From Candidatus Zixiibacteriota bacterium (GTDB lineage: Bacteria; Zixibacteria; MSB-5A5; GN15; JAAZOE01): 64,000 bases of DNA. The stretch is from positions 32,001 through 96,000 of the forward strand of contig JBDREQ010000076.1 in NCBI GenBank assembly GCA_043819555.1, read 5' to 3'. The notes below the pieces were generated by a model. That model made no database searches, had not been told where the DNA came from, and saw only the letters and a program-made list of their open reading frames with translations. The translations under genes and the position numbers were made by a program. Below are positions 1-11,122 of the stretch, in pieces. Position 1 is the first letter of the stretch; each line of letters opens with the position of its first letter.

Positions 1-485
1 GTGCCCAAATCCGGTTGTTTTAATATTAAAGCAACCGGCACGGCGACAATTGCAAATGAAAAGAATAATCGTTTGACCGATTCAGGGGGCAATTTGGAAT
101 AAGCGAAATATCTGGCCAGGGCGAGTAGAACCGCCACTTTCGCAAACTCAGATGGCTGAAAATTCACCGGTCCTAATGAAAACCACCGCGAAACACCTGA
201 CTGCGCCCCTACAAATAACACCGCGACAAGCAGAAAAATAATCGATGCATAAAAAATATAGGCGCCGAAATCGTAAAACCTTTGAGGTAAATTGACTATT
301 ATTGCAAAAGCGACAAGCGCGACAACAAGCCAGATTATCTGTTTAACAAAATAGTTCTGAGCGCCGGGATCATCGTTGTAGTATTGCGCCGAAAAAATTA
401 GCATGATTCCAAATAACGAAAGAAGCAATGCCGCGGTGACCAGCTTCCAGTCAAATTCATATGATTTTACCGCATAAATAGACAT
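1..485 (-). CDS. rodA: Rod shape-determining protein RodA (3' end runs off window)
   Basis: Not in ORF track; hand translation from ATG at 485 gives MSIYAVKSYEFDWKLV...RWFSLGPVNFQPSEFAK...LILKQPDLG, the FtsW/RodA motifs; directly follows mrdA. Confidence 0.93.
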   Translation of the reverse strand, partial: MSIYAVKSYEFDWKLVTAALLLSLFGIMLIFSAQYYNDDPGAQNYFVKQIIWLVVALVAFAIIVNLPQRFYDFGAYIFYASIIFLLVAVLFVGAQSGVSRWFSLGPVNFQPSEFAKVAVLLALARYFAYSKLPPESVKRLFFSFAIVAVPVALILKQPDLG

Positions 486-488
486 ATT

Positions 489-2300
489 TTAATTCGCCTT
501 TGTCAGCTTAAAGTCATCCGCCAGCATATTATGTTTTATCAAATACGTTTGGATAATTTTCCGTGCGGCAGGGGCGGCATAATCGGAACCATGCCCCGCG
601 TTTTCAATGATAATACAAACTACAATAGCCGGATCTTCTGCCGGTGCGAACCCAGCAAACCAGGAATGGTTTTCACCATGAGGATTTTGAGCTGTCCCGG
701 TTTTCCCGGCCATAGTCACTCCATCAATTTTCGAACCCCGGGCGGTTCCTTTCTCGCCATGGAATACCGCAATGATGGCCTCATTTAATATATTACGAGT
801 ATTTTGAGAAAATGGAAGATTGAATGAGAATTCTCCTCCCCGTGAAGTCTCTCGGCCATCGGGACCGATTTCAGATTTTAATAGATGGGATTTATAAACT
901 CGACCGTTATTGGCCAGACCGCAATAAAACTGGGCAATTTGCAATGGAGTCGCCAAAATCTCTCCCTGTCCAATCGCCAGATTCAATAGAACTGCCTGAG
1001 TCCACTGACCTTTGCCGATGCGTTTATCATACCACTCCTTATTGGGAGTGTTTCCCGCGGCCTCAATCGGCAAATCAATCCCTGTCTTTTTTCCAAATCC
1101 GCATGCCTGCGAAAAATTATAAAATTCTTCCAATCCCAGTTGAAGACCAAGCTGATAAAAATAAACATCGCATGACTGTTCAATTGCTCGAATTATATTT
1201 GTCTTACCATGGCCTGATTTATCCCAGCACCCGAAAGGCCTGATGCCGAATTGATACCAGCCATTGCAAGCTGACGGGAAAACTGAATTTCTATCTATAA
1301 GACCAAGCTCCAGACCGGCTCCGGCAATTACCAGCTTATAAATCGAACCGGGGGGATATAAGCCCACCAGAGGACGATTTAAGAGTGGATTATTGGTATC
1401 GGATACAATGGAGTCCCAGACATCGGAAGGTATTACCGTGGAAAAAATATTGGCATCGTTGGAAGGCTTGGAAACCATTGCCAGAACCTCGCCATTTCTT
1501 GGATCGATAACAATGGCGGCGCCGCAGCAAAATTCGCCGAATGACTCAACGGCCGCATTCTGAATATCGATATCAATCGTCAGGATCAAATCATTGCCAG
1601 GTTCCTCGGGGACACCAGGATGGCTCTCTAAAATTCCCAAAATTTGTCCCGAAGCGGCAATTTCCATATATTCGGTGCCCTCAATACCTCTTAATTCACG
1701 ATCATAGTATTTTTCAATTCCCGCTTTACCGATAACCGCACCGGCGCGATAAATCGAATGAGCCAATTTCTCAATTTCTTCAGAAGAAATCTCGCCAACA
1801 TAACCGGTATAGCATTCGCTTCCCAAACCGGTCGTATATTTACGAGCCTGATCCTTACGGTAAACCGCCCCGGGGAAAAGTTCGTTTTGCTCTTCCAATA
1901 TCGCGACCTTTTCAAAAGCAAGATCCCGCTTGACAAGTGCAGGTTGGAAATGACCTGTAAAATTCTTGCGAATGCGACGATCAAGTTCCGCCTCGCTTAT
2001 TCCCAGAACGTCGGCAATTAAATTCGCTGTTGGGGTTTTGTTAATCTCGGACGGGACTAATCCCAATGAATATGAAGCCCGGTTATCAATAATCATGCGC
2101 CTCTCTCTATCCATTACAACGCCGCGTTTGGGAACAACCGGCTGAATTCGAATCCTGTTATTTTCCGATTGAGTGTATAATTCGACATGACGAAAAGTTT
2201 GCAGATAAAGCATTCGAGCCATTAATAAACCAAGCATAAAAGAGATAACTATAATTCCAATTATAAATCTTTGCTGTTTGCTGGTGCGCCCCTGTGTCAT
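489..2300 (-). CDS. mrdA: Penicillin-binding protein 2
   Basis: N-terminal TM, PBP dimer domain, SIYK (SxxK), SCD (SxN position), KTGTAQ; lies between mreD and rodA. Confidence 0.95.
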   Translation of the reverse strand: MTQGRTSKQQRFIIGIIVISFMLGLLMARMLYLQTFRHVELYTQSENNRIRIQPVVPKRGVVMDRERRMIIDNRASYSLGLVPSEINKTPTANLIADVLGISEAELDRRIRKNFTGHFQPALVKRDLAFEKVAILEEQNELFPGAVYRKDQARKYTTGLGSECYTGYVGEISSEEIEKLAHSIYRAGAVIGKAGIEKYYDRELRGIEGTEYMEIAASGQILGILESHPGVPEEPGNDLILTIDIDIQNAAVESFGEFCCGAAIVIDPRNGEVLAMVSKPSNDANIFSTVIPSDVWDSIVSDTNNPLLNRPLVGLYPPGSIYKLVIAGAGLELGLIDRNSVFPSACNGWYQFGIRPFGCWDKSGHGKTNIIRAIEQSCDVYFYQLGLQLGLEEFYNFSQACGFGKKTGIDLPIEAAGNTPNKEWYDKRIGKGQWTQAVLLNLAIGQGEILATPLQIAQFYCGLANNGRVYKSHLLKSEIGPDGRETSRGGEFSFNLPFSQNTRNILNEAIIAVFHGEKGTARGSKIDGVTMAGKTGTAQNPHGENHSWFAGFAPAEDPAIVVCIIIENAGHGSDYAAPAARKIIQTYLIKHNMLADDFKLTKAN

Positions 2301-2301
2301 A

Positions 2302-2796
2302 TTAGAATAATGTTTTAAGTTTTTTAAATGATATACGACCCAAATGGATTAGAAAGTAAAGCCAGGCAACAACCAATGTATATATTATGCTGGGAATAGT
2401 GGAACGTAATAATACCCCGCCGAATTCGGAAGCGCCGGAGGTAACATAGATTATTTGATATGGTATTGAAAAGGCAATAAGACCGATGGCAACCAGAAGG
2501 ATCAGACTTTTTAACGATTCAAGATTAAATCGTTCCTTAGCCTGAGCGGCGCCAATACCGATCAAAGATAGAATGATTATTTGCACACCGAGAAACGCAG
2601 GAGTCAAAGCGTCAATGACTATTCCTGCCGCGAAACCAAACCATAAGGCTGTCAGATAATTTTTATTCAGGCTCAGAAGAATAACTATCAGGGCTGTTAA
2701 ATAAATCTGTGCCCCTCCAATGGCCAAAGAATCGACTAACAGGGTCCGGTAAAATCCGATTAAGAATAAATAAAGGACAAAGGGAATGTATTTCAC
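2302..2796 (-). CDS. mreD: Rod shape-determining protein MreD
   Basis: Hydrophobic 164 aa, GFAAGIVIDAL motif, between mreC and mrdA. Confidence 0.85.
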   Translation of the reverse strand: MKYIPFVLYLFLIGFYRTLLVDSLAIGGAQIYLTALIVILLSLNKNYLTALWFGFAAGIVIDALTPAFLGVQIIILSLIGIGAAQAKERFNLESLKSLILLVAIGLIAFSIPYQIIYVTSGASEFGGVLLRSTIPSIIYTLVVAWLYFLIHLGRISFKKLKTLF

Positions 2797-3584
2797 AACT
2801 CCTCCTTCGCCAATACATACAACTCATCGAGACCGTTAAAATTCACGGCCGGATTAATTTTTATATTGTAGAAAAATTCTTTTCCCGGATCTTCGATTTC
2901 CCTTATAATTCCAATCACCAAACCCTCGGGAAATATCCCGCCCAAACCCGAAGTTATTACTGTATCCCCGACAGCAACATCACCCTGTTGCGGCAAATTA
3001 TCAAGAAATAATCCTTTACTGAGGCTATATCTGATTATTCCCTGCTCACGGCTACGTTTTACGCGGGCCGCGACGCGGCAGCGTGGTTCGGTCAATAAAT
3101 AAACCGTCGCGTAATCTTCCAGAACTTCACCAATTCGACCGGCAACACCATTTTGATTGATTATTGTCTGGTTAACTTCAATCGAATCGGACAGCCCGAG
3201 ATTAATAAGAACCGTATTGGGAATACTGGGACCTGAAACGCCGATTATTTCGGCCGGGACAATCTTAAAAGATGGCGGTGGGACAAAACCAAGCAGAGAT
3301 CTCAGCCGCTGGTTTTCCTCAATCGTTTCATTGTAGAATTGCATTTGTACCGATAGTTCGGCCAATTTAGAATTGAGGATGTCATTTGCATCCTGTTTAT
3401 CGGAAAGGATAATCAGGCTATTTTTGATTTTTTGAAATGGATTAAAAAAAACAGACGCACTGATATTACAGATAAATTTCGAGATGCCGCCTCCAGTAAT
3501 TAATAAAAAAACTGCTATCAGTAGCACAGCAACGGTATGAACCGCGTCTTGTTTTTCTTTTAACCAGGATTGCTGCCAATCCAT
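2793..3584 (-). CDS. mreC: Rod shape-determining protein MreC
   Basis: TM plus coiled coil (ENQRLRSLL) and GDTVITSGLGGIFPEGLVIG motif. Confidence 0.95.
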   Translation of the reverse strand: MDWQQSWLKEKQDAVHTVAVLLIAVFLLITGGGISKFICNISASVFFNPFQKIKNSLIILSDKQDANDILNSKLAELSVQMQFYNETIEENQRLRSLLGFVPPPSFKIVPAEIIGVSGPSIPNTVLINLGLSDSIEVNQTIINQNGVAGRIGEVLEDYATVYLLTEPRCRVAARVKRSREQGIIRYSLSKGLFLDNLPQQGDVAVGDTVITSGLGGIFPEGLVIGIIREIEDPGKEFFYNIKINPAVNFNGLDELYVLAKEEL

Positions 3585-3605
3585 TGGCGGAATTCCCCGC
3601 AGGTA

Positions 3606-4058
3606 TTATTCTACCGAATCAAGAATTGATAATAATTCTCCCGGAGAATTTACGTTCATAAGTTTTTGACGATTATCCTCGGATTTCATTATAAACGACA
3701 ACCGAGCCATGACATTCAGATGCGCTCCGATAGCGTCTTCAGGAGCGGCAATAAGAAAAAATACATGGACCGGCTTTTTATCCATCGCTTCAAAATCTAT
3801 TCCCTCGTTGTGGCGGCCGAAGGTTATTACAATTCCCTTGGTCGCCTTTGTTTTGGCATGAGGAAACGCGACTCCGTACCCGATACCGGTTGTCACCATT
3901 TGTTCCCGATGATAAATATCGGCCAATAATTGATCGCGGTCTTTGACAAGAGAAGATCCTGCCGCCACGTCAACTAATTCCTCTATGACAGAATTCTTGT
4001 CGGATGCTTTTAGATCAAATGTTATTAGATTTTCATCGCAGAATTTAGAAAGTTTCAT
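3606..4058 (-). CDS. PTS IIA-like (Ntr/fructose type) protein
   Basis: RE...TTGIGYGVAFPHA phospho-His motif; GIDFEAMDKKPV. Confidence 0.92.
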   Translation of the reverse strand: MKLSKFCDENLITFDLKASDKNSVIEELVDVAAGSSLVKDRDQLLADIYHREQMVTTGIGYGVAFPHAKTKATKGIVITFGRHNEGIDFEAMDKKPVHVFFLIAAPEDAIGAHLNVMARLSFIMKSEDNRQKLMNVNSPGELLSILDSVE

Positions 4059-4121
4059 ATTACTTTTGTTCCTTTAATTTCATCAATTATTTTGGCCCCC
4101 CGAAATCCAAAATTATTAGTT

Positions 4122-5084
4122 TTATTGCTCCCGAAAAACTCCCATTGCTCTATATTTGTCAATTCGTTCTTTGATCAATTCCTCAGGGGACATATCCTTC
4201 AATTCATCCAAAGCCTCCAGAACCTGTTTCTTCAGATTCGCCGCCGCTAATTCGTGATCCCGATGGGCGCCGCCTTTAGGTTCAGGAATAATGCCGTCAA
4301 TGAGATTGAGTTTTTGAACGTCTTCGGCCGTTAGTTTTAACGCTTCCGCGGCCTGCGGCGCTTTGGAGGCATCACGCCATAAAATCGCGGCACATCCTTC
4401 CGGAGAAATGACCGAGTACCACGAATTCTCCATCATATACAGCCGATTACCAAGCCCGATCCCAAGAGCTCCGCCTGAAGCTCCCTCGCCTATAATTACG
4501 ATAACAATCGGGACTTCAAGGGTCGTCATTTCTCTCAAATTTCTGGCGATTGATTCGGCCTGCCCCCTCTCCTCGGCCCCGATGCCGGGAAAGGCTCCGG
4601 GCGTATCTATCAAAATTACAATCGGGCGGCCAAATTTAGACGCCATTTCCATTAAACGCAGGGCTTTGCGATATCCTTCGGGATTGGCCATCCCGAAATT
4701 TCGAAAAAGCTTGCTTTTGGTATCCCGTCCTTTTTGCTGCCCCAGGATCATAATTGGCTTCCCGTCCAATTTCGCGAATCCTCCAACCATAGCGCTGTCA
4801 TCAGCAAAACACCTGTCTCCATGTAATTCGATGAAATCGGTTGTTATCAACTCTATATAATCCAGCGTATAGGGGCGCATAGGATGACGCGCCAGCTGTA
4901 CTTTCTGCCACCGTGTCAAATTGGCAAATATGCCATCCTGCATTTTCCTTAGTTTATTTTGGAGCGATTTTATTTCGCTATCAAGCTCAATATTTTCTAC
5001 CCGACTAAACTCCTGCATATCAGAAATTTTCTTCTGGAGTTCTAAAATCGGTTTTTCAAATTCCAGATGTGACCCGTTTGCCAT
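4122..5084 (-). CDS. accA: Acetyl-CoA carboxylase carboxyltransferase alpha
   Basis: [44 protein letters not shown]. Confidence 0.98.
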   Translation of the reverse strand: MANGSHLEFEKPILELQKKISDMQEFSRVENIELDSEIKSLQNKLRKMQDGIFANLTRWQKVQLARHPMRPYTLDYIELITTDFIELHGDRCFADDSAMVGGFAKLDGKPIMILGQQKGRDTKSKLFRNFGMANPEGYRKALRLMEMASKFGRPIVILIDTPGAFPGIGAEERGQAESIARNLREMTTLEVPIVIVIIGEGASGGALGIGLGNRLYMMENSWYSVISPEGCAAILWRDASKAPQAAEALKLTAEDVQKLNLIDGIIPEPKGGAHRDHELAAANLKKQVLEALDELKDMSPEELIKERIDKYRAMGVFREQ

Positions 5085-5086
5085 AA

Positions 5087-6145
5087 TTACTTATCTTCCG
5101 TTAACTTCCTGTTATACGCAAGCCTAAATCTAAACAAAATAGCGAAAATTACAACCATAAAAATGACCAAAACCGTAATAACTAACCGTTTATCAAAAAT
5201 TATCATTGCCCCTGACAATATGGCAAAAACCGAGGACATAAGATAAAATAACCAAACGACTTTTGATTTCGATAAGCCATAGGCGGTCAGGTAGTGAAAT
5301 AAATGGCGGGTATCGGCCCTGTAAAAGCTGTGCCCGGAAGCAATTCGGCGAGTAAATGAAATCAGGGTTTCGATAATTGGCACTGCAAGGGCAATTAATG
5401 GGATAAATACCGCCGCTGTCGTGTAAGACTTGATTGGAAATATTATTGAAATGATTGCGAAGAGATAACCCAGAAATAACGAACCGCTGTCACCCATAAA
5501 TATTTTGGCCGGATAATGATTGAAATATAAAAATGCCAGGCATGTGCCCATGATACTTATCGAAAAAACGGTAACAGAAGTCAGACTAAAAGTTATGCCG
5601 ATAAATAAAATCGCCAATGCGGCAATAGCCGATACTCCGGCGGCAAGCCCGTCAAGTCCATCAATGAGGTTAATGCAATTGGTTACGCCCACTATCCAGA
5701 TCAAAGTCACCGGCAATGCCCAACCGTTCAACTCAATCGCGCCGTAAAGGGGAATAAATAGAATTGAGATTTTAAGACCACCCAGATATACGATAAAGCC
5801 CGCCATGATTTGACCGACCAGCTTAAACGGAGCGGAAAGTCCGCTGATATCATCAACAATACCGATCAGAAATATCAGGATACCTCCCGCCACAACATAA
5901 TATAAAATCCCGGCTAATTCCTCGGATAGAAAATTAAATTGAGAATTCGAATAAATCACGGCCGCGCAAAATCCGATAAATATCGCCAGACCGCCCAAAT
6001 TGGGGGTCGGAAATCGGTGCCGCTTATGCTGTCCGGGCATATCGAGCAACCCCAGTCGGAAACATAAACGACTGATTGCGGGAACTAATATCGCGGTAAC
6101 GGCGGCGGCCACGGCGAAGATTTTTGCCAGATCAAACCAGTTCAC
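5087..6145 (-). CDS. Undecaprenyl-phosphate alpha-N-acetylglucosaminyl 1-phosphate transferase (WecA/TagO, MraY family)
   Basis: [32 protein letters not shown] motifs; multi-TM. Confidence 0.9.
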   Translation of the reverse strand: MNWFDLAKIFAVAAAVTAILVPAISRLCFRLGLLDMPGQHKRHRFPTPNLGGLAIFIGFCAAVIYSNSQFNFLSEELAGILYYVVAGGILIFLIGIVDDISGLSAPFKLVGQIMAGFIVYLGGLKISILFIPLYGAIELNGWALPVTLIWIVGVTNCINLIDGLDGLAAGVSAIAALAILFIGITFSLTSVTVFSISIMGTCLAFLYFNHYPAKIFMGDSGSLFLGYLFAIISIIFPIKSYTTAAVFIPLIALAVPIIETLISFTRRIASGHSFYRADTRHLFHYLTAYGLSKSKVVWLFYLMSSVFAILSGAMIIFDKRLVITVLVIFMVVIFAILFRFRLAYNRKLTEDK

Positions 6146-6999
6146 TTGCGAAATCTAAATAATTCAAAGGCCAAAGACAAGACGCAGTTGAATAAAATAA
6201 TGGGAAACAGAATTAATGCGGTTCTAAATTTTCCATTATGTTTAAAAAAATAAAAAAGCGCCGAATGATGCTGCCAAAAGATGCGCCGAAAACGATACCA
6301 TTTTGTAGAATAACCCCAATAATGCTTACCCCGGGCATTCGGAACAAAAATTACACTCCGCTGCATTTTAAATGCCCGATAGCAAAGGTCAGTATCTTCA
6401 AAATACATAAAAAATGATTCGTCGAAACCCGACAGCTTTTTAAATACTTCTCTGGAAATCATCATAAGCGCCGCCGCGGTCGCGTCGACCTGTATGATTT
6501 CATTGGAATCGGGGTATGTATAAATAGATTTTTCAGGATTGAATAATCTGCCCAAAATTGATCCCCTCGAAAATAGTATATTTTTCATCGTCGGAAATCG
6601 GCGACACGACGGTTGAAATTCACCGGCGCGGCCGATTAATTTACCGGCCGCGATTCCATCGGGGGCATTTTTCATTAATGCTTTAAATAGTATCGTTATG
6701 CTTTCCGGGGATATTAATAAATCAGGATTCAGAAAAAGTAAGTAGTCTCCTGAAGAATTTGACGCTCCAAGATTACAGGCCGCCGCAAAACCAATGTTTT
6801 TCTCGGTTGAAATTCTGGTTACTCCAAAATCAAAGTCTCCTGAATAATCTTTGGGCGATGAAATCGGAGGATTATCAACAATAATAATTTCCAAATTTAG
6901 ATTTTGCTCTCCAGCCGCGATATGTTCAAGGCACTCATCGAGAATATCATCAGCCCGATGATTTACAATAATAATTGAAATTGTTTGAGAGTCTGTCAC
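6142..6999 (-). CDS. Glycosyltransferase family 2 (WbbL/rhamnosyltransferase-like)
   Basis: IIIVDN, NIGFAAACN.G, LFLNPD, GFDESFFMYFEDTDLC. Confidence 0.88.
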   Translation of the reverse strand: MTDSQTISIIIVNHRADDILDECLEHIAAGEQNLNLEIIIVDNPPISSPKDYSGDFDFGVTRISTEKNIGFAAACNLGASNSSGDYLLFLNPDLLISPESITILFKALMKNAPDGIAAGKLIGRAGEFQPSCRRFPTMKNILFSRGSILGRLFNPEKSIYTYPDSNEIIQVDATAAALMMISREVFKKLSGFDESFFMYFEDTDLCYRAFKMQRSVIFVPNARGKHYWGYSTKWYRFRRIFWQHHSALFYFFKHNGKFRTALILFPIILFNCVLSLAFELFRFRK

Positions 7000-7016
7000 G
7001 GGATTTCCAATTTAGA

Positions 7017-7745
7017 TTATAGCTTCCCCAGAATTTTTGCCAACCGCAGCCACCAAACCATCCAGATAGCTTCCCGTACAATTTTTTTAGACATTTTGGA
7101 AGCGCCCGCCTGGCGTTCATAGAAAATAATAGGGATTTCCTTAATTCTGAATTTTCTAATTGACGCCCGCATCGTTATTTCTATTTGAAATGTATATCCA
7201 TTTGATTTGACCTCATCGAGATTTATCGCTTCGAGTACCTCTCGCCGAAAACATTTAAATCCGCCGGTAGCGTCTTTAATTTTAAGACCGGTCACTATTC
7301 CTGTATATTTATTCGCGAAATACGATAGTAACAATCTTGACATTGGCCAGTTGATAACATTGACTCCGCTGATGTATCGGGATCCCAATACCAGGTCATT
7401 ATCTTTTATTGCCTTCAGAAAATCGGGGAGGAATTCCGGGTCATGCGAAAAATCGGCATCCATCTCAAAAATGTAATCGAATTTCTTTTCGATAGCCCAT
7501 TTGAATCCGTGCAAGTATGCCTTGCCCAGTCCGGCCTTTCCGGGACGGTGTTCAACATTTATGCGATCATTTTGGGATGCCATATTATCCGCAATCAAAC
7601 CGGTGCCGTCGGGGGAATTGTCATCGACAATCAGAATATGAAGCCTATTATCGACCCTGAGAACGGCAGATACGATTTTTTCGATATTATCCATTTCGTT
7701 GTAAGTTGGGAAAATTACCAGAGCCCGTTTATCCCGTTCATTCAT
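7017..7745 (-). CDS. Polyprenol monophosphomannose synthase (Dpm1/Ppm1-like GT2)
   Basis: PTYNE, VDDNSPDGT, GLGKAY..GF, EMDADFSHDP, DATGGFKCFRR. Confidence 0.92.
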   Translation of the reverse strand: MNERDKRALVIFPTYNEMDNIEKIVSAVLRVDNRLHILIVDDNSPDGTGLIADNMASQNDRINVEHRPGKAGLGKAYLHGFKWAIEKKFDYIFEMDADFSHDPEFLPDFLKAIKDNDLVLGSRYISGVNVINWPMSRLLLSYFANKYTGIVTGLKIKDATGGFKCFRREVLEAINLDEVKSNGYTFQIEITMRASIRKFRIKEIPIIFYERQAGASKMSKKIVREAIWMVWWLRLAKILGKL

Positions 7746-10155
7746 CCGGATGTTCCTCCACTGCCCCGCTTGTGCCTTTAATTACAAAACCGCCAATAAC
7801 AATACCCGCCAGGGCAAATATAAATCCAAAAAGAGTCAGCATTTTACCGGTTGAATATGCTTCGGAAATATACTTAAATTCAACCGTATGCTCGCCGGCA
7901 GAAACAACCACACCACGGAAAGCTGCATTGGCCATCATTACTTCGACTTCGCTTCCATCAATAAATGCCTTCCAGGCCGGATACCAGTTGTCGGCCAGGA
8001 CTAATAAGCCATCGGCGTCGGTCGAAACCTGAAGGGATATATAATCGTTTTTGTACTCGGTAATAGTCACCTTATCCCCGGCCAAAAGCGCTGTGTCGGT
8101 CGCAGGTTCAATACCAGGGTCATGGAACAGGGCCGCCGTGGTTTTAGGATTGAATGACCGCATTAAAACCAAACTGTCAATCCGGGAAGTATCCGGTTCG
8201 ACAACCCATTCATGAACCATAATAGCCCTGTCATTGGCATTTGGATTTTCAAACACTTCAAAATTCTGCCATTGGAACGCTCGGCCAAATCCGGCGCTTT
8301 CAAATTGATTGCCTTTAATCGGAGAAGCCGGTGAGATTAATATATACCGCGTATTGGTCATATCGAGCATATTGCGATTAAAAATATTTGGAGTCCCGGT
8401 ACCACCAATTAATTTATAGAACCAATTGGGTTCGCTGCCATGATACGAGGTCACTTCCTCCACGCCGAAGAATGGAAGATAATTGGTCGGCAGATAATAT
8501 TGTCCGGTAGTATCCAAAACTCTGAATTTACCCGGTTGAGATTTAAAGAACTCTACGATGGGATTTTTTGTAAATATTGTCGCCGGGTCGTATGTTTTGA
8601 CAAACTGCTTATCGAAACGATAGGCGTCAACCAAGGCAACCAAAACAACCGCCCATAGGAGGAAGACTTTAATTTTTTTCTGAGCGAATAGCCATATAAA
8701 AACAGCGGCGACGGTCGTAAATAAAAATGTCGTCCAGAATCCGCTCGCAATTGTCTCAAGATGGCTGCGCAGCGCGATTGCCTGCTGCGATGGAATAACA
8801 TTATAGAATATCGATATATAGATACTGATGGCTGATTCGGGAGCGGCCGAAAACATCAGACCTCCCAGAAAGGTCAAGGCCGGAATACTAAACAGCGTCA
8901 GCACAAGCATTCGTTTATCTTTCGCTTTCAGTTTTTGTCCCTGCTCGATAATAAAATCAAGCGCAAACGCTGCCAGCAAAGCAGACGAAAACGAAAATAA
9001 AAACATTATCATCGACCATGCCCGCATTGATTTCACGTTGGGTATCAGATGAAAGAACAGATAGAAAAACCATGTATTGCCGGCCAATGCATGTATCAGC
9101 GCGAAGATCGCTAATCCTCCAAAGAACCAGGTTTTGCGATTACGAATCATTGCTACCGCGACAATGGCAAGCATCAGAGGAATGACTCCGGTATATTCGG
9201 AATTGTCTTTAAAACCATTGCGTCCCCAATAGCTGTTTCCCTTTTCTCCGGAAACACCGCAAAACTCGGGAACAATTAGTGAAAAAGTTTCTTCAGGATG
9301 AAGCGAAAACGACCGCGCCCACTCCTCTCCCCGCTTCTCACTGCTTCGCGGCGAATATTTTTTGATGTATTGATAGCCCGGATAAAAATGAATTGCCGAT
9401 ATCGCCAGACCGATAACAACAGCACCGACAAATAAAGAAGTCGGCTTGATTAATCCGAGAACAGACTTTGTATCGATATAGAGAAAGATTAATTTATATG
9501 CCGTATAGAAAGCACACGCCCAGAGCGTATAATAGGCCATCTGCGGGTGGGGTGTCAGGATGATAATTCCAATGGTCAGTCCGAGAAGAGAAAAATACAA
9601 AATCGGTTTTCGCCTGAATGCCAGCTCAATAAACATAATCGTCAGCGGAAATAGGGACGTGACAAACATTTTTCCGTCATGGCCCGGTGCCATCTGAGAT
9701 ATAAAATATGCGGCGAACATATAAGAAACCGCAGCCAGCGCCGAAGCCATCTGCGATCTGCGAAAAACCCGGGCGCAGAAAAACATTGTTATTCCGGCGA
9801 TAAAGACATGAATAAGAAGATTCCAACCCCAGGCGCGGAAGATATTGGTAAACAATAAGAGTTTTGAAAAAGGATAAAAAGTATCGCCGTGAAAACCGTC
9901 TATATATGGTATCCCGCAAAATTGATAAGGATTCCACACCGGAACTTCACCAGTTTCCTGATAATAATCCGCATAGAAGCCCCGGAAAAACATACCGGCC
10001 TGAATCGCATCAGAACCATATAGTCCTTTGTCGGAGAATACGAATGAGCTGAAAAGGGCAATAACCGCTATCAACAACGCCCCAAACAAAATAATATTAA
10101 ACAGCCACGGCTTTAGTTTTACGTTTCCGGAATTATTTATTTTTGACTTTGTCAC
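7738..10155 (-). CDS. YfhO-family membrane protein (GT-C-type glycosyltransferase)
   Basis: PVWNPYQFCGIP, many TMs, C-terminal GLLVLADNWYPAWKAFIDG...GEHTVEFKY. Confidence 0.85.
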   Translation of the reverse strand: MTKSKINNSGNVKLKPWLFNIILFGALLIAVIALFSSFVFSDKGLYGSDAIQAGMFFRGFYADYYQETGEVPVWNPYQFCGIPYIDGFHGDTFYPFSKLLLFTNIFRAWGWNLLIHVFIAGITMFFCARVFRRSQMASALAAVSYMFAAYFISQMAPGHDGKMFVTSLFPLTIMFIELAFRRKPILYFSLLGLTIGIIILTPHPQMAYYTLWACAFYTAYKLIFLYIDTKSVLGLIKPTSLFVGAVVIGLAISAIHFYPGYQYIKKYSPRSSEKRGEEWARSFSLHPEETFSLIVPEFCGVSGEKGNSYWGRNGFKDNSEYTGVIPLMLAIVAVAMIRNRKTWFFGGLAIFALIHALAGNTWFFYLFFHLIPNVKSMRAWSMIMFLFSFSSALLAAFALDFIIEQGQKLKAKDKRMLVLTLFSIPALTFLGGLMFSAAPESAISIYISIFYNVIPSQQAIALRSHLETIASGFWTTFLFTTVAAVFIWLFAQKKIKVFLLWAVVLVALVDAYRFDKQFVKTYDPATIFTKNPIVEFFKSQPGKFRVLDTTGQYYLPTNYLPFFGVEEVTSYHGSEPNWFYKLIGGTGTPNIFNRNMLDMTNTRYILISPASPIKGNQFESAGFGRAFQWQNFEVFENPNANDRAIMVHEWVVEPDTSRIDSLVLMRSFNPKTTAALFHDPGIEPATDTALLAGDKVTITEYKNDYISLQVSTDADGLLVLADNWYPAWKAFIDGSEVEVMMANAAFRGVVVSAGEHTVEFKYISEAYSTGKMLTLFGFIFALAGIVIGGFVIKGTSGAVEEHPDE

Positions 10156-11122
10156 TTGTCTTCTCCGTTGATTTTATTGTCAACGCAATCAAGGCTGAAA
10201 TCGCTTCCGCCATAATCAACCACAGCCGAGCTGTGATGGCGATCGCGGTTGCCACTCCCGCTCCGAAAAACGGCGCCAGCATAATCTCCATTACCGCCTC
10301 GCGGGGTCCAAGGCCGCCGGGAGCAAAGAGCATCAAATATCCGATCTGGTAGGCAATAATAAAGATTCCCGCCATCGGGAATAATAATGCTTCCTGCGTT
10401 GTTATCCCTTTCAGGAATAACCAGAACGAAAGGCCGTACATGCTCCAGCTTAGAAAATAACCGCCGTAAATAACGGCCGCAAGAGATTTATTCATGCCAA
10501 ATTTAATGGGACGACGTTTTATAAATTTGAGTAATCGGTTGGCGGTTTTCTCAATTGGAGATGGGAAAAAGATAACTGATAAGGAAATTGCAAAAATCAT
10601 AACTGCAACGCCAATCAATCCGGCAGTCGCCCGGGAAGAATAGGAATAGTTTTCATATACCTGAGGATACAGACCCAAAAACAGTAGCCCCGAAAGCAAC
10701 CCTGAAGGAATAGCGAATATTTGGGACAATCCAAATGACGCCACTGATTCCTCTTCGGTCATCCCCTCTTTTTTGGCAAGATATATCATGCCGAATATCT
10801 GCCAGATCTTGCCCGGAATATAACGACCGAGATTGGCGAGGTAGGCAATCTTGAATGATGCCAAAAATCGTATATCTTTTCCCAATGATTTTGCGATTAG
10901 TTTCCACACTGAAGAGAAAAGAAAAAATGTTATTATGACTGATAACATGGCTGCCCCAAGCCAGAAATAATTAATCTCCCAATGAAAGGCGGATACAAGA
11001 TCCCAATTGGTATAAATCTGCTTCCCGAGAAAATAAAAAATCAGGCCGAGTATAATTGCCTGCAATAATCTCCATGTGGTTTTTCTTACACTCTTATTCA
11101 AAGCAATTATTTCCGCTTCCAA
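10133..11122 (-). CDS. Lysylphosphatidylglycerol synthase TM-domain / flippase-like protein (UPF0104)
   Basis: NLGRYIPGKIWQ and APGGLGPREA motifs; multi-TM. Confidence 0.85.
   Translation of the reverse strand: MEAEIIALNKSVRKTTWRLLQAIILGLIFYFLGKQIYTNWDLVSAFHWEINYFWLGAAMLSVIITFFLFSSVWKLIAKSLGKDIRFLASFKIAYLANLGRYIPGKIWQIFGMIYLAKKEGMTEEESVASFGLSQIFAIPSGLLSGLLFLGLYPQVYENYSYSSRATAGLIGVAVMIFAISLSVIFFPSPIEKTANRLLKFIKRRPIKFGMNKSLAAVIYGGYFLSWSMYGLSFWLFLKGITTQEALLFPMAGIFIIAYQIGYLMLFAPGGLGPREAVMEIMLAPFFGAGVATAIAITARLWLIMAEAISALIALTIKSTEKTSDKVKNK

Noticed and set aside
4363..4860. Long antisense ORFs such as those opposite accA, ecfA, cysS and ddl
   Set aside because: Shadow frames of well-conserved genes, with no domain evidence
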